Of a DNA stretch of 64,000 bases, positions 1 through 14,792 are shown one piece after another; position 1 is the stretch's first letter, and the number at the start of each line of letters is the position of its first letter. The stretch lies in the NCBI RefSeq assembly GCF_009914755.1, contig NC_060931.1; one strand, given 5' to 3'. Both the position numbers and the translations under genes were made by a program. This DNA comes from the human T2T-CHM13v2.0 reference genome, Homo sapiens. A model generated the notes under the pieces. That model did no database searches. It had not been told where the DNA came from and was given only the letters and a program-made list of their open reading frames with translations.

Positions 1-970
1 TTGAATAGGAGTGATTAAAGTAGGCATCCTTGACTCGTTCCAGTTCTTACGGGGAATGCTTTCAACTTTTCCCTATTCAGTATGATGTTGTCTGTGGGTT
101 TGTCATATATGGCTTTTATTATTTTGAGGTATGCTCCTTTGATGCTTGGTTTTCTGAGGGTTTTTAACATGAAGCGGTGCTAAATTTTATCAAATGCTTT
201 GTCTGCATCTATTGAGATGATTGTATAGTTTTTGTTTTAAATTGTATTTATGTGGTGAATCACATTTACTGGTTTGCAAATGTTGAGCCATGCTTACATC
301 CCTGGAATAAAACCCAGTTGATTGTGGTGAATTATCTTTTTGATGTGCTGTTGGATTTGGTTTGCTAGTAATTTGTTGTGGATTTTTTAATCTATGTTCA
401 TCAGGGATATTGGCCTGTAGTTTCTGTTGTTGCTGTTGTTTGCTTGCCTGGCTTTGGTATCAGGGTGATACTGGCTTTGCAGAACAAGTTAGGGAGGAGT
501 CCCTTCCCAATTTTTTAGAACCAGTTCTTCTTTGTACATCTATCAGAATTCAGCTGTGAATCTGACTGGTCCTTTATTATTATTACTATTACTGATTCAA
601 TCTCAGTACTCATTATTGCTCTGATCAAGATTTCTATTTCTTCCTGGTTTCATCTTGGGAGGTAGTACGTTTCCAGGAATTTATCCATTTCCTCTAGGTT
701 TTCTAGTTCGTGTGCATAGAGATGCTCATAGTAGTCTCTGATGATCTTTTGCATTTCTATGTAATCAGTTGTAATGTGTCCTTTTTCATTCAATTGTACT
801 TATTTGAGTTTTGCTTTTTCTGGGTTAATTTAGCTAGTGATCTATCAACTTTGTTTATCTTTCAAAAGAACCAATTTTCACTTTGTTGAGCCTTTGCATT
901 GTTTCTTGGGGTCTAAATTTCCTTTATTTATCCTCTGATCTTTGTTACTTTTTCTCTTCTGACAGCTTAG
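1..970 (-). mobile_element. L1 ORF2 fragment (older L1P/L1M type), degenerate, cut by window start
   Basis: Reverse-complement L1 ORF2 text, e.g. ttgaataggagtg...ggcatccttg and ttttatcaaatgctttgtctgcatctattgagatgat. Confidence 0.9.
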
Positions 971-974
971 CTTC

Positions 975-1540
975 TTTCTTTTTAAAATTTTTTATTTTCT
1001 TTTTACTGTTAAACTTTTGGTTAACAACTAAGACACAAACACACACATTAGCCTAGGCCTACACAGGGTCAGGAGCATTAATAACATTGTCTTCTGCCTC
1101 CACATCATGTCCCACTGGAAGGTCATTAGGAGCAATAACATGCATGAAGCCGTCATCTCCTATGATTACTGTGCCTTCTTCTGAATATAATGGATCTGCC
1201 TGAGGCTGCTTTACAGTTAACTTTTTTTTTCTATAAGTAGAAGAAGTACATTGTAAAATAACGATAAAAAGTATCTTATAGTAAATACATAAACCAGTAA
1301 TACAGTCATTTGTTATCATTAGAAATATCTACTCTACATAATTATATGTGCTATACTTTTATACAACTGACAGTGAAGTAGGTTGGTTTATACCAGCTAA
1401 CCACAAACACATGAATAATGCATTGCACTACAATGCTATGATAGATATGACATCACTAGGCAGTAAGAATTTTTCAGCTCCACTATAATCTTATATGCAG
1501 TCAGTTATTGACCAAAATGTAATTATGAGATGTATGACTG
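975..1540. mobile_element. Tigger3 (GOLEM/MER7)-type TcMar DNA transposon fragment
   Basis: acacacattagcctaggcctacacagggtcagg... and terminal ...tgtatgactg followed by TA (1541-1542) match the recalled Tigger3 end. Confidence 0.8.
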
Positions 1541-2619
1541 TATGTGCATATGTATTTGGTATTTATTATAGTAAAATAAATAAAAGTAATCTCAACAGGT
1601 TATTATATCAAAACCAGTGGAATGTCTGTAGTATATTCACTACACTTAGAATCCCCTGTAATTCTACAGCCTTGCTTTTGACCCTGACACAGGAGGTCTT
1701 CGAATTCAAGAGCTCTAGAGTGATGTAATGGAAAGCATTATATTGGCAGCAAGCCTCAGTAAGAAAGTGCAAATGCAATGTGATGGACCTTGAAGGAGCA
1801 TTGATCATCACCTACATCTCCTTGATGCTCCAGGGAAGAGAAGAGGAAATTTTCCTTACTGAAATTCCTCTGAGAAGCTGAGTTCTTGTTACATGGGCCA
1901 TAGTATGAAAGCAGGATGAGACAGAGAATGGTTTCCCTCTATTTACTCCAGCTCCTCATTCTATTAACTGGTTGGGTTTCACAGCCAAGGCTGTAGGGTG
2001 TGGTGGGGGTGGCTGTCACTCTTGGAGAAGAGGCACCAGTACCTTGTCAAGGCAGGCCGATACCTACCCTTGAGGCATCTCCCCCAAAACATGCACTGCT
2101 CCTTTTATTTAAGACCAATGATGGGCAGTTCAGCTTTTATTCCCAGAAACTTCTGAAATGGGTCATAATAGAGTATTCGTTAATTTCAAAAGTACTTCAT
2201 AGTCTAGGCCAAAATTTTATCCCATTTACTATTTCAGTCTCAAATTATGCCCAGGAAGGCACAAATGAAATTCCTAGACAAATTTAGAAATCTACATGAT
2301 ATGGAGGCCATGTTAGAATGTATGAAATTCCTACTACTATAAAAGTCTCTGAAGTTAAAGCTAAAAGTCAAAGTTCAAATTTTTGCATTAAGTCAAAGTT
2401 CAAAATTTTGCCCACACTAGTTTCTTATTCCACTGTTTAGCTCAGAAGGGTGTCACAGCTGTTCAGCTGGAGTATTGTTTCCTTAATCTTGGGCTATTTG
2501 GTGCTGAAGGGATGATGGTACTTTCATCATTTCCAAACTGAATTAAACTAATCCAAGTCTCTCATCTGTCCCACTTTTTTAGAAAAACTGATCATGGAAC
2601 ACATAAGAATATTACAGTT

Positions 2620-2620
<1 letters not shown>

Positions 2621-2652
<32 letters not shown>
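2621..2652. repeat. (CA)n microsatellite
   Basis: Uninterrupted CA run seen directly. Confidence 0.97.
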
Positions 2653-2655
<3 letters not shown>

Positions 2656-2714
2656 TCCCCTTACCCCTTAAAGATTTTAACCAAGCAAAATGGTGTTTCT
2701 AAGCCCTAGTATAT

Positions 2715-3130
2715 GGTTTGAATCAGTTAGTTTTAACTGCATATAAAAGAAAACCTCAAAGTGACAGTGGTTAAAGTAAGACAGAAGTCATTCCTCTCTC
2801 AAATAATAGAAGACCAAGAAGAAATAGTCCACGGTTAGTGAAGTGGTTCTCCAGTATCACCAGACACCTAGATTCTGATCTTTCCATCCTACCAACTTCT
2901 AGTCTGAGATTGTTGCTGGTTAAAAGCAGTAAAGGCAAAAAAGCAAACTGGGTCCTGCTATGCTGAGTCAGGTCTCTTTAAGCTAAAACCCAACATTCTT
3001 TGCTTAGATTTCATTACTGAGAACTCACTTATGAGTGGGAGTATAGCGGGATGGGAAATGTAACATTTCATTTTAAGTGTTTCTCTTCCCAGCTAAAATC
3101 TATGATCCATCCCTAAGGAAAAAGGAAAGA
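2715..3130 (-). mobile_element. Old MaLR LTR (MLT1J/K-like), degenerate
   Basis: tcagttag...aactgcatataaaagaaaacctcaaagtgacagtggttaaagtaagacagaagt resembles the reverse-complement end of old MLT1; boundaries approximate. Confidence 0.45.
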
Positions 3131-3205
3131 ACAATGATTTAGAATAGACAACTCAATTTCTACAACATAGTACAATCCAGATCCACATTGTTTTTGACCT
3201 ACTTA

Positions 3206-3560
3206 TGTATTAGTCTGTTCTCATGCTGTTAATGAAGACATACCAGAGACTGGGTAATTTATAAAGGGAAGAAGTTTAATGGACTCACAGTTCCACATGG
3301 CTGGGGAGGCCTCATAATCATGGTGGAAGACAAAGAGCAAAGGGACATCTTACATGTTGGCAGGCAAGAGGGCACGTGCAGGTGGACTCCCCTTTATAAA
3401 ACCATCAGATCTCATGAGACTGATTCACTATCATGACAACAGCATGGGAAAAACCACCCCCATGATTCAATTACCTCCCACGTGGCCCCTCCTACAACAC
3501 TTGGGGATGATTACAATTCAAAATGAGATTTGGGTGAGGACACAGAGCCAAACCATATCA
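3206..3560 (-). mobile_element. THE1 solo LTR (THE1D-like)
   Basis: tgtattagtctgttctcatgct...cagagccaaaccatatca; 5-bp TSD actta (3201-3205) / acttg (3561-3565). Confidence 0.92.
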
Positions 3561-3918
3561 ACTTGTATTGAGGGAAGGAAGGTGAATGAAGGGAATCATG
3601 AGCAAAAAGAGGAAATGGTGTTGATTTAGATCTTGACTGTATGGCAGTAGTGAATTTAGAACATGCTATTCTGAGTCCCAAACCTATTAAATTCACCTCA
3701 GTTATAAGTATAAAATTGAGGAGTATATCTTGCAGATATCAACAATATAGATATATTGTTAAGATTATTAAGATAAATGTTATTACAGCCAGATAGGCAA
3801 GGAGTCATAAACCAATAGAGAAATGAAATGCAGAAGTATGGATATATGGAAATTTAAAATGTGTGAAAAAGATGGCATTGAAGATGAGTGGAGAAAGAAT
3901 GGACTTTTTAATGGGTGT

Positions 3919-4507
3919 TGTGGCAGATTTTATTTTCAAAGATGACTGCACCAAATATATATCACAGCCCACATGCTCGTCTCATACTGTGACACGAACA
4001 TACCTCCCCCTGAGAAGTGGAGTCTGTGTTCCCTTCCCTTGAAACTAAGCATACCTTTGTAACTGCCTTAACCAATAAATAACAGTGGTAGTGACAGTTC
4101 ATGACTTCTGAGGCTAGGTCATAAAAGGCATTTTATCTTCTGTCTTTCTCTCTGAAATGTTTCCTTTGGGAGAATCCAGCCTTCATGCTATGAAGACAAT
4201 CAAGCAACCCTTTTGAGAGGCTCATGCAAAGAGAAACTAAGGCCCCTGGTAACAGCGAACATCATTTTGCCAGCCATGTGAATGAGATACCTTTGAAGTC
4301 GATGTCCTAGCCCTAGGTAAGACAAGTTTCCAGATTAATGCAGCCCCAAAAGACATACGACTGAAACTGCATGAAAGGCCTCAAGTGAGAAATGTTCAGT
4401 GGAGCTTTTCTCAACACTTTTGACCCACAGCAACCATGAGAGATAAATAAGTATTGTTGTTCTAAACCATTAATTTTTAGGGTGATTTGTTATATAGATA
4501 ATTAACA
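3919..4507 (+). mobile_element. MLT1 (G-like) solo LTR
   Basis: Starts tgtggcagattttattttcaaagatg, contains ctgaggctaggtcataaaagg, ends ggtgatttgttatatagataattaaca. Confidence 0.7.
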
Positions 4508-4509
4508 TA

Positions 4510-4805
4510 GGTGTTGATAAATTTGCTTATTCATAAGGAAAAAAAGCAAAAATCAAAACCGAGTTTCTGCCTCCTGCTATACACAAAAGTCAAACTCAAG
4601 TGAATAAATGCCTTTAATTTGAAAATCAAACTTCAGAATTCTAAAAGTTTTAGAAGAAAATATGAAAAAATATCTGTATGATATCAGGATAGGGAAAAAA
4701 TTCTTAAAACATAAAAATGCTAACAATAGAGAAAATATTGATCCATGACTATATTAAAATCTTCAATCAAAACATACCCTAAAGAAAGTAAAATGATGAG
4801 CCACA
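4510..4805 (+). mobile_element. Ancient L1M ORF2 3' fragment
   Basis: ttttagaagaaaatatg...tatctgtatgatatcaggatagggaaaaaattcttaa resembles late L1 ORF2. Confidence 0.55.
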
Positions 4806-4807
4806 GT

Positions 4808-4932
4808 TGGGGCTGCATCATAGTTAGACTTCTGCCTCTTCCCAGTCCTCTACTTCCTTCTCCTCCTTTCCACAGGGGCTGATGCCAAGCACACTAAATT
4901 CAATCTCAGATTTTATGTTTCGTAGAGCCAAC
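4808..4932 (+). mobile_element. LTR16-like fragment
   Basis: ggctgcatcatagttagacttctgcctcttcccagtcct...tttccacagggg resembles the LTR16 3' part. Confidence 0.45.
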
Positions 4933-5745
4933 GATTTTAAATGTCATGTTTATCATTTCCATGAATGTTTCTATAGAATAACTACATATGTACAGATTCA
5001 ACATTAAGATAGAGTATATTATACCTGTTCCAAGTATTGTTTGAATAATATCACAGCTTGCATTATCATGGCAAAATGTACCTGTAGTTCCACTCCACCT
5101 ATTTTAACAGGTACATGGTATTCCATCTCAGTGATTCATACATTTCTGCTTTGGTGTCCTGTTACAGCAAAACATCTCAACACTTGCTGTTCTCGCCCTA
5201 CCACTGTATCCCTTTCTTGCCTGCAAGGAGCAGGCTCATCTTTGCTTCCCCTTCTCATTTTCCCTACATCCTCCTCTTTTCCAAATCTAATTCAGAGCTT
5301 TACCTAAATGGTAGATGGTAGATAAGGAGGAAATATTTTATTGGTAAGAAGACACAAACTGGTAAGTATTTAAAAAATAATACTCTGCTACACTGTTGAC
5401 AAAAGAAATTCATATTTACTGAGAAAATTTGTAGAGGCAGGGGCCATAGTTTATTTTACTAACCTTCTTTTAAGTTTCCTCCAGGCAGGAAGGCCTGCTG
5501 GAATGAATCCTGAAAGAGTTGCTTGCCAAAATGTATGTGAAGAAATGAATCTGAGAAATGCAAGAGATGGACTGTGATGGACATGGAGTGGTCCTATACT
5601 CAAACTCTCCGTTACCTAATTCGCACTTTTCTCCCCACACTTCTGTACAAAACTTCAAGACAGCCAACTGAATCTCATCAGTTTCCTCAGCATATCCTAT
5701 CATCATTCCTCGTGGTCTGCATTTAAGCCTTTAAGTCCTATTTGA

Positions 5746-6115
<370 letters not shown>

Positions 6116-6188
6116 GTGTTTTGTAGCTGAAGAAAATTTAGACTCATGGTTAATAACAGAGCATAGATATGAATCACATAGTATTTGA

Positions 6189-6709
<521 letters not shown>

Positions 6710-6719
6710 TAAGAGCTGA

Positions 6720-7109
<390 letters not shown>

Positions 7110-7145
7110 TAGTAATTCTGTAGGATTAAATCTTAAAGTAGCAAT

Positions 7146-7352
7146 CAAGGGGTGGGTTGAGCGAGTGACAATGAGCAGTCAGCCCTAACTGGGAGAAGTG
7201 TTTTATTACTGAAATTGCTTAGAATTGCTGGTGCATAGTGGTAATACAAAGAAGAATAACTTTTGGTTGGTTTTAATCTTATTTTTTTTAACTCTCTACC
7301 AACTCCTTGATTACCTATATCCTGGGCAGATCTTCCCACTGACCTGCCCCTG
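7146..7352. mobile_element. MER96B-like hAT DNA transposon
   Basis: ggtgcatagtggtaatacaaagaagaataacttttggttggtttt... and imperfect inverted ends caagggg / cccctg; recalled similarity only. Confidence 0.45.
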
Positions 7353-7521
7353 GTGGGCGGTTCTTAAAATGGGTATTAATTGTTTCAAAAAGTACACACA
7401 TTTGAAATTGATGATACCCTTTCCTTAGTCCTCTCACCCTCAAGAAGTCATAAAAATTTGCAACCCCAACAATAGTATGAGAAAGTGGAAGATTTATTTT
7501 ATCTTCAAAAATGCTGGATAT

Positions 7522-7870
7522 TATTGCAGCCATCAAAAGGAAAGAGATCATGTCCTTTGCAGACACATGGATGGAACGGAAGCCATTATCCTCAGCAGAC
7601 TAACACAGGAACAGAAAACCAAACACTGCATGTTCTCACTTATAAGTGGGAGTTGAATAATGAGAACAAACGGACACATGAACACACACTGGGGCCTGTT
7701 GAGGGGGCGGATGGAGGGAGAGTATCTGGATAAATAGCTAATGCATGTGGGGCTTAATACCTAGTTGATATGTTGATAGGTGCCACAAACCACCATGGCA
7801 CATATTTACCTATGTAAAAAAACCTGCATGTCCTGCATATGTATCAGGAACTTAAAATAAAATAAAGTTT
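7522..7870 (+). mobile_element. L1PA 3' end fragment
   Basis: gagatcatgtcctttgcag...atgttctcacttataagtggg...cttaaaataaaataaag. Confidence 0.93.
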
Positions 7871-8281
7871 TTTTTAAAGACAGAAACTTTTGCTTAAAAA
7901 TGCTGGATATTATCAGTGTGATTTATTTTTACCAATTCAGTAGACAAAATATAATATGATTGCTGTTTTAATTTTTTTAATTATTGGAGAGTTTGAGCTG
8001 CTCATATTATTGGCTTTTTGTATTTCTTCTTTGAATAGCTTATTTTATGGTCACACATTTTTCCAGTTATTGATGGTCTCTATGCTATATAACAAGCTCA
8101 GATAAGTTCTGTCCCATTCCAAAATTAAAATATATTTCAATATGTTTCTCTATTTATTTTGCAACTTTTAAAAATATTGATACTTTTGACCATTCTAGAA
8201 CCTTTTAAAATTATGATGTTACTTAAGAATCATTTATTTTATGCTGTTAATCATTTTTCTATCATAATTTACTGAGCAGAC

Positions 8282-8963
8282 CAGTAACATCCATGGGTTC
8301 CCCAAGAGATCCACAGATTCAGGGCAAATCTGTGAATCTGAATGGAAAAGTATTATCTTTTATTTTCACTAACATCTAATTGATATTTATACTTTCCTTC
8401 AATGATGAATATAGGAAACAAACTATGGTAGCAATAGCAGTATCCCTGACTTGGCTACCAATAGAAATTAGAGATTTTTATATCAAATTACAATTACAGA
8501 TATCTAAAAATATTGTTTTTAGTCATTATTACTTAGAAATTATTGCAATTAATAAACTTAGCACATCATATTTTGGCCAAAGTAATTATATCAGGAAGTA
8601 AGGTTTATATTCTTTGCTCAGATGGAGCTCCTATAATGTTTGATAATGTCTCTAGTTTTTACTACTTTTAGGGAAAAGAAAGTGCTTTGGCATCATCATT
8701 TAACACATTCCTGTACTCACAACAAAACGCTTCCTACAGTCTTAAAATAAGTTTTGTCAACAGCCATAAAACTCATTAACTTTATCAGAAAAAGGTATGT
8801 GAATCATTACATTTAAAAATTTTTGTCAAGGAATGGGAAAAGGATATGATCACCACCAAAGAGAAGTTTGCTGGCTTTTAAGAGAATAAATCTTGCTATG
8901 CTTGTTGAGGCGTAAGTTGTACATTTTATGAAACAATAACAACAAAAAATACTTTTTGAACAT
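8282..8963 (+). mobile_element. hAT-Charlie DNA transposon, left part with degenerate transposase
   Basis: 8725-8900 translates (with stops/shifts) as KTLPTVLK*VLSTAIKLINFIR, FKNFCQGMG and EVCWLLRE, resembling the hAT VKIVNFIK...HTEVRWLSRG blocks. Confidence 0.7.
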
Positions 8964-11416
8964 TGTCTTTGTCCAGTTTGAGCTACTATAACAAAATACC
9001 TTAGACTGGGTAATTTATAAACAACATAAATTTGTTGGTTACAATTCTGGATGCTGTAGTTCGAGATAAAACCAGAAGATTTCAAGTTTAAGATAAATTC
9101 AAGATAAAATAAGCAGATTTGGTGTCTGGTAAGTATCCAGTCTCTGCTTCAAAGACGGCCCTTTCTAGCTGTGTCCTCATACGGCAGAAGGGCAAACAGG
9201 CTCCCTCAAGCCTTTATAAAAGCACTAATCTAATTTATGAGGTCTCCACTTCCCAAAGAGCCCCAGTTTGCCTCCTAAAAGCCTCATCTCTCAATACCTG
9301 TTGCACTGGAGGTTAGATTTCAACATATGAATTTTGGTGGTAAAACCATATTGAGATCATAGCATTTCACCCTGATCCCCCCAAATTCATGTTCTTGTCA
9401 CATGCAAAATGCATTGATTCCATTCTAATAGTCCCCAAAGTCTTACCTTGCTCCAGCACCAACTCAAAAGCCTGAAGTCCAGAGTCTCATCTAAATGTCA
9501 TCAAGATCAGAAATTGTTGAGACTCAAATGTGTGATTCATCCTGAGGCAAATTTCTCTCCAGCTGTGAGCCTATGAAATCAAACAAGTCATGTCCTTCCA
9601 AAATACAACGTTGGGGTAGGCATAAGATTGACATTCTCATTCCAAAAGAGAGAACTAGAAAGGAACGAAAGAGTAATTGATTCAAAGTCCAAAACCCAAC
9701 AAGGCTAATAACATTAAATCTTAAGGCTTGAGAATAATATCCTTTGACTTGATGACCTGCCTTCTATACACACTGGGGCACAACTAAGCCTTGGGAGTGG
9801 GGCCTTTGAGGATTAGGCAGCCCCATCCCCAAGGCTTGGCTGGGTGCATGCCACACAGCACCTCTCATACATTGGAATCACATGCCTGCAGCTCTCCCAG
9901 GCTGGAGTTGCATCATTCTGGAGTCTCAGAGCCTACTCCCACAACAACACTAAACGTTGTGTTGCTCTCTGTGATGACCCCAACCTATGCCTCTGCTGGG
10001 CATTGCCCTCATGGGGGCTCTCTGCAGTGGCCCCACCTCTGTGGCAGTTCTCTGTCTGGACACAGAGGCTTTCCAGAGCATCGTTTGAAATCTAGCTGGA
10101 GATAGCCACAGCCACACAGTTCATGAACTCTGTGGACCTGTGGAGGTGGCATTGTGCAGATACTGCCACATGGTTTACCACCTGTGCCTTCTGGAGGGCC
10201 CGCCAAAGTTATACCTGGGCGTGGTTAAGCCACAGCTGGGATGACCAAGGACCACTGCACATGAATGAGTGAGTGGAGCCTTAAAATTGTTTTCTCCTCA
10301 AGCTTCTGAATTCTGGGCCTATGATAGGTGGGGCAGCCCTGAAGATCTCCACAATGACTTTGGTGTCATTCCTCCATTGTCTTAATGAATAGCACCTGGC
10401 TTCTAGCCATGCTAATCTTCTTATTTAACAGTCACTTGGCCACAACATTGGTGTTCTCTCCAAAACTTGCTTTTTCATTCTTTACTACCATGCTTAGAAT
10501 TTTCCTAATCTTGAAAAATGGAAGTGCTGCTTCCATTTTTATTATAAATTCTATCTTGAACTCATTTCTCTCTTCCTACACTTTACTATAAGCAGTTAAG
10601 AAAAGATATGCCACACCTTCAACACTTGGCTTAGATATTTCTTTCACCAAATATCTTATTTCATTACTCACAAGTTGTACCTTCCACAAAACACTAGGAC
10701 CCTAGGACATGAACACAGTTCAGCCAAATTACCACTTTATAACAAGGATTGCCTTTCCTCCAGTTTTGAATGACATGTTCCTCATTTGTGTCTGAGACCT
10801 CATTAGAATGGCCTTTACTGTTCATATTTCTACCAACATTCTAACGGCTACCACTTAGGCAATCACTAGAAGGCTGAGGCTTCCCTACAGCTCTTCTCTT
10901 TTTCCTGGTTCTCACAAGTATCAAGTTTTATGGTCCATTCATGGGAATGTACTTCAAAGCCCTTCTAGCTGCTACCTATCACCCAATTCCAAAGCTGCTT
11001 CTACGTTTTCAGATATTTGTTAAAGCAGCCCCCACTCTCATTACCAATTTTTATCTTAGGTTTTTTGAGCTACTATAACAAAATACCTTAGACTGGGTAA
11101 TTTATAAGCAGCATAAATTTATTGCTCACAGTTCTGGAGGCTAGGAAGTCCAAGATCCAGGTACCAGCAGATTCAGTGTCTGGTGAGGGCTCATTCCTTT
11201 CTTCAAATTTAGCATCTTCTAGCTGTGTCCTCATATAGCAGAAAGGCAAACAGGCTCCCTCAATCTTCCTTCTTAAGAATATTAATCCTATTCATGAAAG
11301 CAGAGCCCTCATGACCTAATCACCTCCTAAAGGTCCCACCTGTCAATACCATTGCTTTTGGGGTATATTTTTCAATGTATGAATCTGGGGGAGACACTGA
11401 CATTTAGACTATAGCA
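8964..11416 (-). mobile_element. Complete MaLR element (MLT1A/MST-type): 5' LTR 11052-11416, internal region, 3' LTR 8964-9364
   Basis: Two homologous LTRs (tttgagctactataacaaaataccttagactgggtaatttataa in both) flank about 1.7 kb of MaLR internal sequence. Confidence 0.9.
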
Positions 11417-11590
11417 AAGACTATGAAAGAAATTATTTTATGACAGTGTGAGTTCTGCTTGCACATATTTTAAAACATGAAATAATTAAGTCTTTCAATG
11501 AAAGATCCTAAATAATTAACATGATTGCTACAGAAAAAGTTACACGTTTTCTTGGATAAGCTGCTGATATGGAAGAAGAGATTTGAGGTA
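11417..11590 (+). mobile_element. hAT-Charlie transposase continuation
   Basis: LAHI...LSLSMK...KLHVFLDKLLIWKKRFE resembles the hAT LADIF..LN.LNLSLQ...F..KL.LWK.R block. Confidence 0.6.
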
Positions 11591-12714
11591 CATCCTGGCA
11601 AATTTTTTAATTCTGGAAGAGGAACTCTCCCAAGATACAATATCATTGGTAAAATGTTCTCAAAAAAATCTGAATATACCTGGGAACACTTTAAAAGTCC
11701 TCCAAAGTTAGTCTATCTTGATGACAATAAGGCTTATTAATTATATTTTCATAAATTATGCTTTTGATGATGTAACTACAAGCTCATTGCCATCAGAAGG
11801 TTGCCTATACTTTTTTCTAGTTTTATAGTTTTGTATTTTATTTTGAGATCTGTGATCTATTCTGAATTTTTGAAAACAGAAACATTTTGTAAAAGATCAA
11901 TGTCTAGATTCATTTTTTTGCATGTGAATGTCCAGTTGCTCAGTCAACATTTATTGAAAAAACTACTCTTTCTACATTGTATTGCCTTTGCTCCCTTGCA
12001 ACTTTGTCGAACCAATTGACAATATTTTCTGGATCTAGTTCTGAATTCCCTATTCTGTTTCACTGAACTATATGTCTATTATTTTACCAACATCACACTA
12101 TTCTGATCACTGAAATTTATACTAAGTCCTAAAATCAAACAGTGTTAGACCTCTAACTCTGTTCTTTTTCTTCAGAATTGTGTTTTCTGTTCAAGGTCTG
12201 TTGCCTTTTGACAAAAACTTCAGGATCATTTTGTCAATACCTACAAAGTGACTTGCTACCATTAGGTTGGGATTGTGTTAAGTCATAGATCAAGTTGGGA
12301 AGAATAGAAATCTTAACAAAATTAAATCTTTTAATTCATGAACTTGGAATATCTCTTCATTCATTTAGATATTCTTTGATCTCATTCATCAGAATTTTTC
12401 TGCATATAGATCTTGTACAAAATTTGTTAGATTTATACCCAAGTATTTCATTTGGGAGGTGCTATTTTAAGTTGTATCACTTTAAATTTCAATTGTAATT
12501 ATTTGTTGCTGGTATTAATAAAAACAATCAAATTTATAAGATTATTGTGTATTAATCTTGTATCCTATAGTCTTGCTATATATGCTTATTAGTTTCAGGT
12601 GTTTTACGTTGATTCTTTGGATATTCTATATAGCCAATCAAGTTATCTGCAAACAGAGAGGTTCTTTTCTTCCCTCGCAATCTGTATACTGCTTATTTCC
12701 TTTTTTATTTTCTT

Positions 12715-14792
12715 ATTGACACATAATATCTGTACATTTTCATGGGATATATGTGATATTTTATTACATACATAGACCGTGCAATGATCAGGTCATGGTA
12801 TTTGGGGTGTCCATTACTTCAAGTATTTATTTCTATGTGTTGGGAATGTTTCAAGGCCTCTCTTATAGCTATTTTGAAATATACAACACACGGCTGTCAA
12901 CTATAATCATCCTACTCTGCTATCAAACATTAGAACTTATTCTATCTGTATAATTGTATGTTTGTACTCGTTAAGCAAGTTCTCTTTATTCCAACCTCCA
13001 ACCCAGGAAAACTTCCCATCCTTTGGTATCTATCATTCTACTGTCTACCTCCATGAGATCAACATTTTTAGCTCCCACATATGATAAAGAATATGCAATA
13101 TTTATCCATTTGTGCCTGACTTATTTCACTTAATGTAATAAACTTCAGTTTCATCCATGTTGCTGCAAATGACAGGATTTTATTCTTTATAGCCAAATAA
13201 CATTCTATTGTGTATATATACCATATTTTCCTCATCCATTCATCTGTTGATGGGCACTTAGGTTGATTCCGTATTTTCACTATTGTGAATAGTGGTGTAA
13301 TAAACATGAGAGTGCAGATATCCCTTTGATATACTGAGAGTCTTTCCTTTGGATAAATACCTAGTAGTGGGATTGCTGGATTATATGATACTTTTATTTT
13401 TTATTTTTTTTTGAGAAATCTCAATACTGTTTTCCATAGTGGCTGTACTAATTTACATTCCTATCAACAGTGTATAAGAGATCCCTTTTCTCTGCCTCCT
13501 CTCCAGCATCTGTACTTTCTTTGTCTTTTTACTAATCGCCATTTTAACTGGGGTAAGATGAGGTCTTATTGTGCTTATGATTTGCATTTCCCTGATGATT
13601 AGTGATGTTGAGCTTTTTTCATATACCTATTGGCCATTTCTATGCCTTCTTTTGATAAATGTCTATTTGTGTTCTTTGCGCACTTTTTAATGGAATTGTT
13701 TCTTTTCCTGTTGAGTTGTCTGAGTTCCGTGTATTTTCTGGGCATTAGTCCCTTGTCAGATGAATAGTTTGAAAATATGTTCTCCCATTCAACAGGTTGT
13801 CTCTTCACTCTGTTAATTGTTTCCTTTGCTGTGCAGAAACTTTTAAGTTTAATATAATCCCATTTGCCTATTTTTGTTTCTGTTGCCTTTGTTTTTGAGG
13901 TTTTAGCTATAAAATCTTTGCCTAGATTAATGTCCTGAAGTGTTTCCCCTATGTTTTCTTCTAGTAGTTTTATAGTTTCTTGTCTTACATTTACATATTT
14001 AATCCATCTTGAGTTAATTTTTGGATATGGTGAGTGACAGGTGTCCAGTTTCATTTTTCTGCATATGGCTATCTAATTTTCTCAGCACCATTTATTGAAT
14101 AAGGTCCTTTCCCCAGTGTATATTTTTGTTGGCTGTGTCAAACATCAGTTGGTTGTAGGTATGTGACTTTAATTCTGGGTTCTCTATTCTGTTCCATTGA
14201 TCTACATGTCCATATTTATACCAGTACCATGATGTTTGGTTACTATAGCCTTGCAGTGTAATTTGAAGTCAGATAATGTAATGTCTCTAGCTTTGTTCTT
14301 TTTGTTTAGAATTGTTTTGGCTGCTCAGGATCCTTTTGTTTCCATATGAATTTTAGGATTTTTTTTTCTAATTATGTGAAAAATGATGTTGATAATATGA
14401 TGCTTAATGGTCCAAATTTCCATCACAGACTCCTACAATCCTAATAGGGCCCTTTAAGGAGAACCCCTAGACCCTCAAGGGCCCCAAGACTAACAAGGAA
14501 CTGCACGGAGACTGTGCAAAGGTATTTCTCCAGAGTGGGAGTTCATGCTGGGTCTCACAAGATGCCATTAAGGATCTCTCACTTACGTTTTCTGTGTGTT
14601 AAGGAGCCTCTCCGGGCTCCCAGATGATCCTGGCCAAACAGACTGCCTCACTTCCCTCTCTTCTTGTGTTAGATGTTTCCTGTCACTTCTCTGCAGATGA
14701 TCTACTCAAAGCGTGATTATCTACTCACTATTTTTGTTTTCTTTGTGGAGGAAGCAAGTACCAGATGCCTCCAGTAATCCACTTTGAAGCCC
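12715..14792 (-). mobile_element. L1MA-type element with 5' end, large internal deletion and 3' end
   Basis: 3'UTR and ORF2 C-terminus 12715-14394 ([27 protein letters not shown]) joined to 5'UTR-like 14400-14792; degenerate TSD tcctttt..tcttatt on both sides. Confidence 0.75.

Noticed and set aside
5457-5484. Perfect TACTAAC branch point with pyrimidine tract and AG
   Set aside because: No convincing downstream donor or reading frame; a 7-mer is expected by chance in 64 kb.
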